From positions 1,046,906 to 1,110,905 of the forward strand of contig NC_068995.1 in the NCBI RefSeq assembly GCF_001194135.2: 64,000 nt of DNA. The letters are read 5' to 3'. This document shows positions 36,901 through 51,125 of the stretch, piece after piece (the stretch's first letter is position 1; each line of letters opens with the position of its first letter). The notes beneath the pieces were generated by a model, which did not search any database, was not told where the DNA came from, and saw only the letters and a program-made list of their open reading frames with translations. The DNA comes from Octopus bimaculoides (Eukaryota). Both the position numbers and the translations under genes were made by a program.

Positions 36901-37853
36901 CCATAAGTCTGCTCAAATCAAGGTTGACCTGGGGCTAAACAAGTTTGTTTGAAAGAGATGAAAACTAAGCTCAGCTCGGTGCCACTTGAAACTAAAACAT
37001 GGTCCATCCTAAAACTCCACAGAATCATGTTTAGTAGAGAGAGAAAGAAGAGGTATTGAACCCACACCCCTTTCTCTCAGTTGTTGTAATGCCACAAACG
37101 ATTTCTGATTTAGGCACAAGGCCAGAAATTTTTGAGGGGAGGAACAGAAAGATGAATGGTAAAGTTGATCTTGGCAGGACTTAGACTCAGGGACATAAAG
37201 AGTTAGAATAAATACCTGAAGGCATTTTTATCTGACACTGACAATAATACCAATCACCCCACCACCACCACCACCACCACCACCACCACCACCATATCCC
37301 TAGAGTAATATCAATAATGAAGATTAGAAAATAGAAAACCAACACACAGTGCTAGTGGTAGGTTCTAAATTCCAAAGGTAAATTTCAATTTTCTTCCTTC
37401 GTTTTCCATATTAATCTCAGTCAGAATGGCTCTGTAAATTTCAGGATCATTTCCTAAGAATTTTCAGGTCAACTATTTTACCAGTATCCTGATGCTAAAC
37501 TGTCAGCTGTACTTAATAAATTCAGTGAAGATCAACTGAAGCAAGCAAAGTAATTAATGTACTTTAAGAGAACATTACACAGTAATAAATGCAATGCCAG
37601 CCATTCAACTACTGTAGCTTTAATAAATAATACATTGACACAGTAACAGAAAGAGAACCGGATAACAAGGCAACCTCTGCAAACTGCTAGAAAGTGCAAC
37701 AACACTCACCCTCAAAACACACCTTGCATGTAATAGGAGAAACAACTCATTGAATGATAATTTAGTCGTAAATATATTGTCTAGAAATTAGATGGAATCG
37801 TCATAGATGGAATCAGAACTGATCAAAGGATAAATATATGTATATAGTTTTTT

Positions 37854-38192
37854 TTTTAGTCATTTGACTGCGGCCATGCTGGAGCACCACCTTTAGTCAA
37901 ACAAATCGACCCCAGGACTTATTTCTACAGAAGCCTAGTACTTATTCTATCCTTCTCTTTTTGCCGAACTGCTACGCTAAGTTGTGGGGGATGTAAACAC
38001 ACCAACATCGGTTGTCAAGCGATGGCTGCGGGACAAACACAGATACACAAACATATACATACACACACATATAATTTCCATCTACCAAATGCACTCACAA
38101 GGCTTTGGTCGGCCCAAGGTGACACACAATAGGACTGAGCCCAGGACCATGTGGTTGGTAAGTAAGCTACTTACCACACAGCCACTCCTGTG
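37854..38192 (-). mobile_element. SINE family A copy
   Basis: Head and tail colinear with the other family A copies. Confidence 0.85.
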
Positions 38193-39450
38193 CCTATATT
38201 GACAACATTTAACATCTTTCATGAAGGGATCACCCCAGGACACAGATGCACACAAAAAGAAAATTCTTTCTTTTCAAATCTTCCTAATCTACTAAAATCC
38301 TAACTGTTGCTTTTAATTTCACAGCCACACCACCATATTTCTCTACCAGTAATACATGCTGGGAAAAGTGAAAGTAAGAACTAGCTGGGTGGAGGGGAGA
38401 GAGAGAGAAGATACTCAATGGCCTTACTAGCTGGTTACAAGAAGAATGATCCAATACTATCAGACCCAATGTTGTACTAAGTGTCGCAGAGAAAAAGGTT
38501 GAAGATCCATGATTGCCAGAGCCTGTAAGCATGACACACGATGAAGAATATACACCAGCTTGTATAGGGTGCATATTTTAGTATGAGATCTATATATTTT
38601 AGTTCATTTACAATATCAAGTGAAGCCATTGTAATAAGACATTTGCTTAAATTGGCCTTACATGATCTCATGAGCTGCTCATTTTGGTAGCAAGAAAACT
38701 ATCAGGTTAAATGGAGAGAAGAATGGGACTTGATGAGGAACACAGGTGGAAGACAACAGGAACTTACTGATTGTTATCTGTAACCAATCAATCAATACAG
38801 GAGGAAGGTGTGGCTGTGTAATTTATGTAGCTTAAAGTAGGATGTATGTATGTGGGAGTGGTGGTAGGTTCAATTGTTGAGTGTTACACATAAACACTCA
38901 GCAAAAACTGGATGTGGGTAGGGCAGCAAATATATACACAGAAACTACAGAAAAAAAAGAAAGGAGTTTGAGGAGGGGAGAGAGGGGTGAGTAAAAGAAA
39001 GTGTATGTGAATAAGAGAAGGAGTGAGGATGGAAGGAAGAAGGAAAAAGCAAAACAAGGAAGGAAAAAATGTGAATAGGAATAAACAAAAAAGACAAAAA
39101 TAGAGAAAGTAATTTGTAATTTTAGTGTTGAATGAGTGAAGAGGAGGAAGATGAAATTACAAAGTGTTTCACACAGATTCTTTTAGAATCTAACCTTCAG
39201 ATTATTTATACACACCAATAGGTGCAGGCGTGGAAGTGTGGCTAAAAATTTTGCTTCAGTTTGAACAGAAGCAATGCATGAACCATGTGGGAAGTCGTAT
39301 GTACCCCAGGAAAGGGGGTTTTCTGCCCCCAGGGCCCCCATTACTCATTATGTGAAAAATTATAAGAGTTCTAAAACCATCTCTGGAACACAAGTAATGT
39401 ATGTTCCCAGTTTAGAGAAAATCAGTTGCGAACTTCAGAATTTATGCAGG

Positions 39451-39483
<33 letters not shown>

Positions 39484-40519
39484 CCTCAGTTTTATATATA
39501 CAGCCACACACATTCCACCCCAGCCAATTTTGAAAATGCCTACAGAAGCAGAAGTGACCATGACTTTAACCAGCATTCCTGTTGAGAAGAATGGAAAAGC
39601 TGATGCTCATGTAAAATGTCTGCAGGAGAAGACAAAAAGGACAGAGGAAGAAGAAACTGGTGTGAGGCGGGTGGGGGGAGTTGATCCACTATCAAAACAA
39701 AAAACAAAACAAAAACAGCTTCAATATAAAAGGACAGAATAGGTTTTTTTATTCATTTAGATTATATAGTAGTAGTAGTAGTAGCAGTGTATTAATGGGT
39801 ATTAATTTTTGTAATTAGAAGCTCGTTCCCAGCAGTCATTAATTACAGTTGGCATGTTGCTGGGAAAAAAAGCTGTCTGTCGTTAGAGAGCTAGAGACTT
39901 TCTAAAACAATGTTCTTCAGGTATAACAAGCCTTGCTTTAATGTCTGTCCAGTATGTCACTTATTGATGTGTCACACAGTCTTTTCACACCCTTTCTACA
40001 GAGAGTGATCATTTATTTTTAACAATCATTTTACACTTTTATGTCCGGCAGGCCAATTTGTTGGCACTAAAACCATGCGGAAGCTAACCCTTCACTTAAG
40101 TTTCATTCTTTGCCAGTCACTTCCTCTTATCTATTTGCACATGATTTACCTTCCTTTAATAATTCACGGCAGTACTCTTTCTCCATTGTTTCTGTGCTGA
40201 ATTTTTATTGTTTAACCAGTTTTTTTAATTTTTATTGCTTAACATGGCTTAGTGGTTAGGGTGCTGGACTCATGATCGTTGGATTGCAGTTTCAATTCTT
40301 GGACCTGGTGATGTTGCTCGAATACACTGAGCTTGTAAAAATGAGTGATTCTGCAACAGACCAGCATCCCATCCAGAGAAACCAATAAACTGGCCCTGTG
40401 CTCTTTACAGAGTAATGTGGACTGGTCAACTAGTATCCAATCATCTTTTCTGGCATATCACATCCAGTGGAGGTAGTCGAACATATATGTCACACATACA
40501 ATACATGAAAGCTATATAC

Positions 40520-40896
40520 CACAGGTTCCCAACCAGTGTGCCATGGCGCCCTGAGGTGCCACAAAATATACATGTGTGGTATCATGATTCATCATTTAGA
40601 GTCAAAAAATATATTTTGATACTATTTTTTCGATAAACATTATTGTCATCTTATATTTTGTATTGTCCTCTATTTTATGTTTATTAGATCAACATTGGTG
40701 AAATAAAGAAAAATTTTTATTATCAATTCCAGGGACATAGTTTTCTTACAGATGTTATTATCCAGGGACAAAGTTTTGTTATATTGATGTTGAATCAAAA
40801 AAACAACTGTCATGTTAGATTTTCTAATAGGGGTGCTGTGGATTTCTGAAAGGCTTCGCAAGGGTACCTCGAGGCAGAAAAGGTTGGGATATTGTG
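40520..40896. mobile_element. hAT (Charlie-like) MITE, degenerate
   Basis: Ends cacaggttcccaacc ... ggttgggatattgtg (imperfect 15-bp TIR). The 8-bp flanks ctatatac / ctatacag match only partly. Confidence 0.5.
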
Positions 40897-40938
40897 CTAT
40901 ACAGTTACTCAACTCATGAGAAATAGTTATGATTTCCT

Positions 40939-41158
40939 TTAACCCTTTTAATACCAACCCACCTAGGTTCTACGACACAAACTTTCTGTTTAAAGTGATC
41001 TAAATTAAAACTTTTGCTGTAAAATTGTATACTAATTTATATTTCAAACACCATTTTAATAATGGTAAAGTTATTTTATTAAACTCTCCACTATTTTCAA
41101 AATTATCTGAAACATAAGATAGTGTATTTTAACAAAACTACAGTAAGAAAAGGGTTAA
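40939..41158. mobile_element. piggyBac-like MITE with both TTAA sites intact
   Basis: TTAA-cccttt ... aaaggg-TTAA; same family as 33679-33901. Confidence 0.75.
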
Positions 41159-42342
41159 ATCACATCCTACCATCTTAAAAAAAATCTAAAATAATCAAGT
41201 GGTGAAGAAGTCAGACAAAATAGACAGAAAAAAAACAACAATTTCCTTTGATATGAAACGGACAGAAGGGTAGAGTCCATTGAATTTGCTACAGTATATT
41301 GGTAGTACAGTTATTTTATTAACTTTGGAAGGATGAAAGACAAAGTGAAGTTCAGCAGTAATTGGAGTAAGAAGGTAAAGGAAGATTTGACCCATCTATT
41401 AGTTCTACCATCCCTTACCCTTAATTAAATTAATGATACCCATTAGAACACACAGCATAAAAGATCTTTTTCCTCTCCTATTTTGTACCTGGAAGAATCA
41501 GAAAGCAGAAATTTATGACAAGTCAGCAAGGCCATGTTTCAGGAAGTATTTTCTGCACCCTGCTAATGAAATGGTAAACTCATTAGCAGACCAATTTCCT
41601 AGTGTTACAAATAACCTGATAATTAGAGTGACAGAATGAGAACTTGATCATCTTTGAGGGGGGTTGAATCATCTACATTGCCTTAATCAACCTATACTGA
41701 TCATTCATACACACACACACACAGAGAGGAACTCAACATAGCCCTGCCTATCAAACTGTCTAACCCATGCCAGCATGGAGAACAAGTGTTAAGTGATGAT
41801 GTATATTACATTCTCAAGTATAAGGTCACAGAAGTAGTGCTTCTGGCTCCTCAGAACACTAAACTTATCTTGTTTCTCTGCCCTATCTCATGTACTGCAT
41901 GACTAGTAACTAACATGTTCTCGTGCAGGAGAGCTTTCACAGCAACCAAACTTCATAAGCAGCTGGAGATTTTTGTTCATGCCTTTTAACAGGCTCTTGC
42001 TCGTTTTCATTATCCTCATTCCTACAAAAGCAGCAAAGAGAGAGAAACGGTTGGGTGACAGACTAAATATCTAGTTCTCTGTCTCTTGGAAAAAGCAGAA
42101 CTAAGCTGTATGAGGCTGATCTGCTACTACAGTGATGCAATTCTACACATGCAAAGCACCCCTCCCTCCATACACACACAACAACGCAGAAAAGTTAGCT
42201 TGCAACACCAAATCTCCCATTTCCTTTTCCTGAAGAGGAGGTCTTAACCCCGAAGTATCGAAATATAAGATAAAAGTACAAACCACTGACTTATCTCTCC
42301 CATAATTCATATTGTTTTAGTTTATCAAAAAATAAAAATATT

Positions 42343-42383
<41 letters not shown>

Positions 42384-43279
42384 CATATAAATACAAATTC
42401 CACTCCATCTCTTCCTGATTATAAAATGTGCACCAATCACACACTGGTGTCACTTCAGTGTCAATGATAGCCTTTCCCTACAATGTGTGTGGCCTTGTAC
42501 CAATGCAGTAAGATATTATCGTTATCTATTTCAAGTGGAGTTGGCACAAAAACTGAAAAGTCAAAATAGACGTTTCACTGATGCTAGTTTGGGATTTCAG
42601 GTTCTAAGTTCAACTCTAGGCTTAAGTAAGTTTTCATCCTCTAACTTCATAAAATGTTAAGTAACCAGTTGCCACGGTTGCCATAAAATAAGATACGATA
42701 ATTATTACATCAAACTCACTTCAGCAAAACTAATTTTGTGCTTAGTTGAAAAAAATCACTAACATTATTCTCAGTGCATTATTCTCTTACTGCATTGGTA
42801 CAAGGTCACACACATTGTAGGGAAAGGCTATCATTGACGCTGAAGTGACACCAGCGTGTGATTGGTGAACAGATTTGAACATGTGACCAAAGAGATAGTA
42901 GTGGAACTCCTTACCTAGTAGGTCATACTACCTCTATACAAATTCCCATTTGTCAAATCATAGCTGGCTGGATGGAACCAGTAAAAGAGTATATAACCAC
43001 ATACATAAAAGTGTGTGTATATGTATAGATAACAGAGTTTAACATCCATGTTTTCCCCACTTCCTTCACTGTAAAAGAAATAAAGCCATGCTTTTTTGAT
43101 AAAAGAAAATCTGTAAATGCATTCCTTCAAATACACAAACCATTTGTTCCTTTGTTGGATAACAAACCAAATTCACTTTTAAGAGTCTGAGCATGGCCAC
43201 AGCATTGGGATGGGAACTAAAAATAATACATTTCTGAACAATCTACTAATGAATATTTTCCATTGAGATATATGTACAT

Positions 43280-43362
43280 GTATATATACATCACCATTGT
43301 GTGTGTATGTATATACATATATATACACATACAATGTATGTATTGCATTGAGATAGACATAC

Positions 43363-43417
<55 letters not shown>

Positions 43418-43460
43418 ATATATATATATAAACACACACAATATATATATATAAACACAT

Positions 43461-43508
<48 letters not shown>

Positions 43509-43512
43509 TACA

Positions 43513-43551
<39 letters not shown>

Positions 43552-43585
43552 CAGACATACAAAATATGTATATATATATATATCT
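43280..43585. repeat. Compound (TG)n/(TA)n/(CA)n microsatellite
   Basis: Directly visible; the source of several spurious ORFs. Confidence 0.9.
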
Positions 43586-43698
43586 GCAGGCAACATGATG
43601 AGCTTTGAAAAGAAGCAGTGTAGTCAAGCAGAAATAGCTCAACATGAAAATCATATGAAGGCCTTGTAAGAAATATCAAACTCCAAAGATGAAAGAGA

Positions 43699-43755
<57 letters not shown>

Positions 43756-43977
43756 CATGCGTGTGCACATGCGCCTGCATGCATGCATGTGTTGTTTACT
43801 TCACTGACAAGACCTATGGAAGATTGTTTTGTCCATGCTGTGCATATAAATCCACTGAATCTTGTTTTACAGATCTGAAGAGAATGATAGGAAAGAAGCC
43901 ACAGCAACAAAAAAAACAAAAACTAAACAAAATGAACCCTGGCAACAGTTTTCAACTCAGTGACATAATGATAATAA

Positions 43978-44008
<31 letters not shown>

Positions 44009-47000
44009 TCTTTACGTCAGTAATAAGGGAGACTACAACACTGTGGACACCTTTAACAAAGCAAGCAGTTCACCTCGTAGTTATGGCCAAAGACACATTT
44101 GAAAGGGTTGAACATAAGATTATCTCTCTGCTCTCTACTCAAGTTCTTATCAACTTCAAGTTCCACTCGAAGTGGAGGGTGGGGAGAAAGATGCTTCCCT
44201 CCAGCAAATATGATAAGTGAATCCTAGTGTTGAGTACGTCCATGTAAGAGGGCCAGACCTTGAAATGTACTTCAGGAATGCAGTGAGGAAAGGGTAACTG
44301 CCTAGAATGCAAAAGGTGGGTGGAGGTTTTAGAATGCTTTGATCCACCACAGGTGATGCTTCCTCTCACCTTTATCTTATAGAATGCATTAAAATGTTTA
44401 ACCTGTTGTTTCTAGTTGTATAATGTTTTTGATTCGTGTCCATTCAGTGTGCGTATATATCCCTACATCCCCACATCTAGGGATGTATACACACTGCTCC
44501 ATGATGTTTTGCATTATGACAGGCCCTTGTGGCTAATAAAAAAAAAAATTATCAATAGTAGAAGCAGCAATAACAGCAATGTCTTTAATGGTGGAGGAGG
44601 AGGAGGAGGAGGAGGAGGAGGAGGAATAACAGCAGCAATAATAGTGGCTCCTTAGATGTTTTAATAATGGTTTCTTATAATAATAATAATAATAATAATA
44701 ATGATAATAATAATAATAATAATTTAATGACGTAAAATATTTACGCATGAATTGATATCAGCAAAATAGTTTTTCCTTCCTTTTTTAATTTTCTGAATAA
44801 GAAGAAAGAGACAATAGAAGCAGTAGCAGAGTGACTGTGTGTCTTTTCTTTCTTTTAATTACACAATAATAGCAGGGGAAAAAATGGATTTGCTGTATCT
44901 CTGGCAGAAAATGTGATAAGTTTAGTGGGAATGCAAAAGAAAAAGAAATGAGAAAGAGAAAAACCTCATAAACTCATAAAACTATTTCTGAATGAGTTTT
45001 ATATCTTAAAAGTAAAATTAAAAATTGTGAAAGTTACTAAAAAAGAAAACAAAATAAATAAACCAAATTTGGCCTCTATTATTATTAACTAACATATGGA
45101 GATATTTATTAGGACTGATAAATCACAAGTATGGAAGGTTCTAAGAGATTTCTAGGAAGACCAAAGAAACTATTCACAATAGATTTCTTTAAAAAATAAT
45201 ATATACAAAAGAGAAAAACAAACAAGGTGGACTGAAAGAAAATTCCTAGCAGATCTTCATCAATCAAATTAACATTGAGACACACTGCTATTTCTAGCAG
45301 GGCTGAATTCTCATCCAGTTTTGTAATGTTAACAAGGATGTTGCTTTAAAGCTAATGTCAATGGACCTTGAAAAACCTCAGAAAATCTGCTCCCAGTCCT
45401 AGTTTAATGACCCAGTTTGGGATTTTTGTGTCAGCAAAACTTAAACCTTTGCTTATTGAAGCAATTGTTTGTTTGTTGTTGTTTAGCCCCAGGTCAGGAC
45501 AGGCCTCTAATCAAAAGCCTTTCCTTTATGACAGTCCCGTCTTTTATTAAGTGTCCAAGTGACAGCCAGTGTTTCAACCCACAACACTGTGTCTGTAATA
45601 GCAGCAGTGGTGTTCCATTGATCGGATCGACTGGAACACTCATTGCCATGATTAATTCAAAACAAGGTAAATAGACAAACATTAAATTTGACAGAGTAAT
45701 CCAAATGCTAAAGGATCAAACGCAACACCCTGCACAACCAGTTCTTTATAAAATTATATGCCATAGAATATGGTACTAGGCTGCATTGTATAATCTACAA
45801 GTCCTTCATGAAATCTGGCTGCTAGGACAAAAACCTGCCCCAAACTGACTTAACATACATGAAGTATGTTATGTAACGGCTCAACAAGACACCAACCCAC
45901 CAATGTAATATTGGTCGTTATCAGTTTAATATTGAATACATTCTGAACATGGAAACCTGAATTTTAAACTGATTTTCCAGTTACTGGTGATGATGTTTGG
46001 AGCTTGTTCAACTTACAAAGTGTACCTTATTTGTGGGTGGGGTGCACATGAGGTATACTCTTGACTGGACAATGAGAATGATCTGCTGGGTACTTAATAA
46101 AATAAGATTATATTGCAGCTATCAGGTACGTTTACATATAAACGGCTATATTGAGAAGATGCAATGGTAAAAGAGAAGACAACGGTTCGACAATTAACAC
46201 CATCCAAACTAAGGCTTGGTAGCGAGGCTTATATGCAATGTGTGTTTCCATTGCGTTTCTGTTAATGTTTCTCTATCAGTTTCATCATGCTAATGTATCT
46301 GCATGAATTGTGATTACAAGTCTTTGATTTGTGTGGGGGTTTTTTCTCCCTTTTCTACAACTCACTGGTTTTACTAATGTCAATCATCATAACCTGTGAA
46401 GGTTCACTGAAGCCCCTCCAAAAAACAAAAAACAAAAAAAAGAGAGACGTGGTGTTGGTGCTGTAACAATCACCAGAGACATAAAGCTCTAATAACTTAA
46501 AGAGATAAAGTTTAAAAAAACAAGAAACAAAGAGCATAATTATCAGTTTATAGAAGAACAACAAAACAGACAGCAATCACTCCTCAAACGTTCAATAGAT
46601 TATAAGAGTAAGGAGAAAATATCTTCTAATGAGAAGAAAAAACAGATTATTATTATCATCACCATTGTTGTTGTTGTTGTTGTTCAGTAGCGTTGTCTAA
46701 AACACATTAAAATCACATGAATCAAAGTTTGCTTGGTATTTAACCACAGGAAAGCCATCTATTAAAGGCCAGAAGCAGAGGACATTTCAAAATTACGTTA
46801 TAGAATAATAACAGTTGCTAAGGTTATTTCAGCTCATCAAACACATCCTTAAAACCTTAATACTGGTGTTGTTTACTTCCATCGCAGAGCCACGACCGAG
46901 GAGGCCTATAATCCACAGCATTCCAGCTGTGGCCATCCTGTCTTTTAGTATAACCAGTTCAAGGACTACACTGTGTCGAATATGTCCTTCAAAGGTAAAG

Positions 47001-47289
47001 ATGGTGGACATAGAAGAGGGGTGAGGGTGGGGGGAACACCATGATAAAAATGAAATAAAAAAGAATTGTTCAGAGATGAGATTTATATTTATGAAAGGAA
47101 CAGAGAAAGAGATGCAAGGAAATGTAAATATATTAGAGAGAAAAAGAGAGAAGAGGGAGAAAGAAACAATGGGTTGATCTGGAGGAAAGGACCCCACTCG
47201 GAGCTTTTGAAGTTCTTTAGAGGCCTGCAGTTAATGTTCTTCTTGAATGGTTGCAGGAAAATGTGCAGAAAGGAAATTCTGAAGCGTTA

Positions 47290-47905
47290 ACATGGCTGTG
47301 TGGTTAAGATGCTCACTTTGCAACCATGTGGTTCCAAATTCAATCCCACTGCACAGTAGTCTGGGCAAATGCTTTCTAGGACATAGCCTCAGACCAACCA
47401 ATGCCCTGAGAGTGAATTTGAGGTCAGAAGGAAAGTTATCTACGTGAGTGTGTGTATGTGTCTGCTCCACAGCTTGACAACCTGAGTTCAGGTCTTGTTT
47501 GAGGATGGTCCAAGTCTCAGCACTGTAGAGGAGGACAGAGAAAACCAGCATGCAGAAAAGACAATCTTGGGTGAAACAAATTGAGGAAGACCTGAAGTCG
47601 CAGCACCTCAAACACAAGCATGCTAAGGCGAACACCATGGATTGGAAAGTGTGGAATATCATTACCAGAGCCCAGCACCCACAGCAGCATTATTGGTTGA
47701 GAAGACAGCCCCCCCCTCGTCAAGTTGTCAGCTAGGGATTCAAAGAAGAAGAAAAAGACAAACTGTTGGTTTGTTTATGTCCCCATAACTTAGCAGTCTG
47801 GCAAAAGAAACTGATAGAATAAGTACGAAATTTTAAATTATATGTTGATTTGTTTGACTAAACTCTTCAAGGAAGTGCTCCAGCATGGCCCCAGCCCAAT
47901 AACTG
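47290..47905 (+). mobile_element. SINE family A copy interrupted by a LINE insertion
   Basis: The 5' half ends ...agcttgacaac (47481). The SINE resumes at gacaaactgttggtttgtttatgtccccataacttagc (47757). Confidence 0.75.
47482..47756 (+). mobile_element. RTE-type LINE 3' fragment with an inverted 5' segment
   Basis: Minus part reads KI(R)LFCMLVFSVLLYSAETWTILKQD. Plus part reads WVKQIEEDLK...A..MDWKVW, then gggattcaaagaagaagaa. Confidence 0.7.
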
Positions 47906-47924
47906 ACACAATATAAAATACACA

Positions 47925-48128
47925 CAAGGTGGCGAGCTGGTGGAAACAGCACACCAGGCAAAATGCTTAGCAGTATTTCATCTGTCTTTACGTTCCGAGT
48001 TCAAATTCCATTGCCTTTCATCCTTTCGGGGTCGATAAATTAAGTACCAGTTGCATATTGGGGTCAATCTAATCGACTGCCCCCTCCTTCCCAAAAATTT
48101 TGGGCCTTGTACCTAGAGTAGAAAAGAA
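47925..48128 (+). mobile_element. SINE family B, best-preserved copy
   Basis: A-box-like tggcgagctggt, B-box-like gagttcaaattcc, and core gcctttcatcctttcggggtcgataaattaagtaccag, which resembles the Deu/Nin SINE domain (from memory). Confidence 0.8.
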
Positions 48129-48203
48129 TATAAAATACATGCACACACATACATATATACACAAGTGTGTGTGTGTATGTATGTATGTATGTATGTATGT
48201 ATG

Positions 48204-48286
<83 letters not shown>

Positions 48287-49604
48287 TTATACAAACATGT
48301 ACCTATATATATATATCATGCCAACTTAAAGCAAAAATCAATCCTCAAAAAATAAGTATTATCACAACAACTGGTCTGTAAGAGACAAAACTTTCTGCTT
48401 AAAATAAAGTTTGTTTTAATTGGAGAACAAAGAAATGGGTTGGGATGGGTCAGTGGGTTAAATGATGGCCTCAAAAGTTCATTGAGACAGAATCAGGTTC
48501 ACTAGCACCATCTAATCATCAATTAATATTCCTACCTCTCTCTCCTCCATGTTGGATAAGAACTGGCACATCATATAATTTTTTTTGTTTCTTTTTCAAT
48601 TCTAGCCATCTTGTTAGAATGGTAACCTGACCTGTAACAGTGGGTCAGCATTTTGGGATCAAAGTGACAGTAAGAGGTGTAACATTTTCAGTTTGTTTAA
48701 AAGTTAGTGTCTAATGAGAACAGGTGAGAAAAGAAATGAGATGGGGTGGTAGGAGAAGTAGTATGAAATGATTGGTACAGTGTTTGAAGAAGGAAGGCGG
48801 AGTTAATGAGTTAAGACAAAGAGTAGCCCTTGTTAAAGACCAGAATCAATGAATAGTAGAAGGGAGGCAGAGAGGACAAGAGGTTGACTATTTTCAGGAA
48901 GGAAGATGTTTATTTATCAAGCAGACAGGTTCCCCTTTTAAATGTGGTCAAGGTTAGCTTTGACAAACTGCACAGTTTCAGCAGATTTCATTTATACTGA
49001 GACATCAGTAAATGCTGACTTGCTGCAAGACCATTGAGGCAAATTAACAGAAATAAAAACAATATCTCCCTGACAATGAGGGGATATTTTCAAAACTGAA
49101 AGCACATCACCTCCCCACAAGTGTTACAATCCATGTTGAGTAAAAAAATAAATGCTATTCCTCCTCTGTGACTTTGTGTATACCATTAGCAGGAATATGA
49201 ATGTCACTGCCTTCCTCCCACAGGTTATTATATAGTGGGTAGCACAATTCTATTTGGTCTGCAAAATATTTCCTGCTTTCACTTGCTAATAATGTGTGAA
49301 AATCTTGTAAATAGATGGAAATATCAAGTTAAATGCTACACACACACACACACATCAACAAAGTATAAATACAATTGAATGTTTTCTGGTCAGCTCTGAA
49401 AGAAGTCGACCATATCACAGGAAAAGTAAGCAAGGAGTGGAAAGGAGGAAGCTAAGATTGCTGTAACCAACAGATCTGTGGATACAAATGAGAAAATGGA
49501 TAGCAGAAAGGGTATTTGTTGTAATAATTACAGCAAAATATTCCACAACATTTCAACCAAAACTAGCATGGGAAAGAAATGTGAATGAAAAACATCATCA
49601 TGGT

Positions 49605-49960
49605 ACAGGCAAGGCTGTGTGGTAAGAAGCTTGCTTCTCAACCACATGGTTCCAGGTTCAGTCCTACTGTATGGCACCTTGGGCAAGTGTCTTCTACTAT
49701 AGCCTTATGAATAGATTTGGTAGATAGAAACTGAAAAAAGCCTGTCGTGTGTGTGTGTGCATGCACATGCATGTGTGAGTGTCCCACCAACACTTGACAA
49801 TTGGTGCTTGTGTGTTTATGTCACCATAACTTAACAGTTTGGCAAGAGACTGATAGAATAAGTACTAGGCTTTAAAAGTATTGGGGTCAATTCATTCACA
49901 AAAAATGTAGGGCAGTGCCCCAGCATGGCCGCAGTCTAATGACTGAAACAAGTAAAAGAA
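49605..49960 (+). mobile_element. SINE family A copy
   Basis: Full head-to-tail match. Further fragments at about 50175-50305(-), 54735-54820(+), 55680-55830(-), 56350-56610(-) and 60755-60890(+). Confidence 0.85.
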
Positions 49961-50869
49961 GAACAAACACCATTTAGCATCCACTCTTCCATCCTTGCAT
50001 GGATGAAACGGAATCTATTGAGGCCCTTCCTGTTTCCATGCAGAGTAATATTCCACCCTTGGCCAGACATGTTTTCATGGAAGATTGGAAACAAACAGCA
50101 TCACTTATATGACAGTGATGCTCATTTACAACTACTCTCACATGATGTTAAAACAGGGTACACAGAAACACAAACACACACACGATGGGCTTCTTTCAGA
50201 TTCTATCTACCAAATCCACTCAGAAGGCTTTGACCAGCCTAGGGCTAAACTAGAAAATGCTTGCCCAAAGTGCTACACTGTGGGATGAAAGCCAAAACCA
50301 CACATCCATCCATGCCTACACCTCTAGATTAGAAGAGAGATTTTTGAAGTGTTATAAATAAATAAGCAATATGGCAGAGTGATCAAACATCAAGTGGTTA
50401 TCAACAACACTAAACTGGTATTTAAAACACACTTGCCAAGGATTGATTTAGATGCAGTAAACTGCAGGAAGAAAAGTTGACTTTAGAAAATGAGAAGAAA
50501 AAAAAAGAGAAGAAAAAAGAAAACAACAGAAAGTGTTGTGTTGTAGGTTTCGATTTGGTATATTTATATAAGAGGAGGTTCAGCTAACCTTACCTGTTTC
50601 AGTTCAATGATCTAACCAAAATATTTATACAGGGTTTATAGAGGTTTCTGAAGGACAACAACTGATGTACACCTGGTTGAGCCAGCTTTTAATAGAAACC
50701 ACACTGAATGACAATGGTTATTTGCCCCGGAATTTAACAGCTGTGAAGATCTCTTAACATAAGACTAATGTACAAAACTATTTCCCTGAATCATTAAGCT
50801 CTTAGTAACATATAGACTTTGCATAGGGGAATCCCAGGGCTCTCAGTAATTTACAAGCTCTGCTCAGAG

Positions 50870-51125
50870 CAGTGCTTTTCGAAGTTGGACAAGGTAATAA
50901 TCTATATTTTGACCTTGTGGCCAACCATAACAGCCATCCCATGATTCTCTCTGCCCGCTATTTCCAGAAGGTTCTTCAGGCACCTCCTCCATACAGAAGC
51001 AACCATCATTAATTAGACTTTCTGGCTGAATTCCTAAGCATGACCAGCTGAGACAATGTATTTTATCCAACCATCTCATTCTTGGTCTCCTCTGAGGTTT
51101 CCAGACAGTTGACTTGGCTTCATGA
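50870..51125 (-). mobile_element. RTE-like LINE 3' ORF remnant
   Basis: Reads GKPQRRPRMRWLDKIHCLSWSCLGIQPE, resembling GRPRxRWxDxI. Confidence 0.5.

Noticed and set aside
43179-44102. Cluster of long overlapping ORFs
   Set aside because: Translations of (TA)/(TG)/(CA) microsatellites.
46949-46994. AG/GT-flanked exon-like segment on + (YNQFKDYTVSNMSFK)
   Set aside because: The sequence matches repeat family E in reverse, and no partner exons were found.
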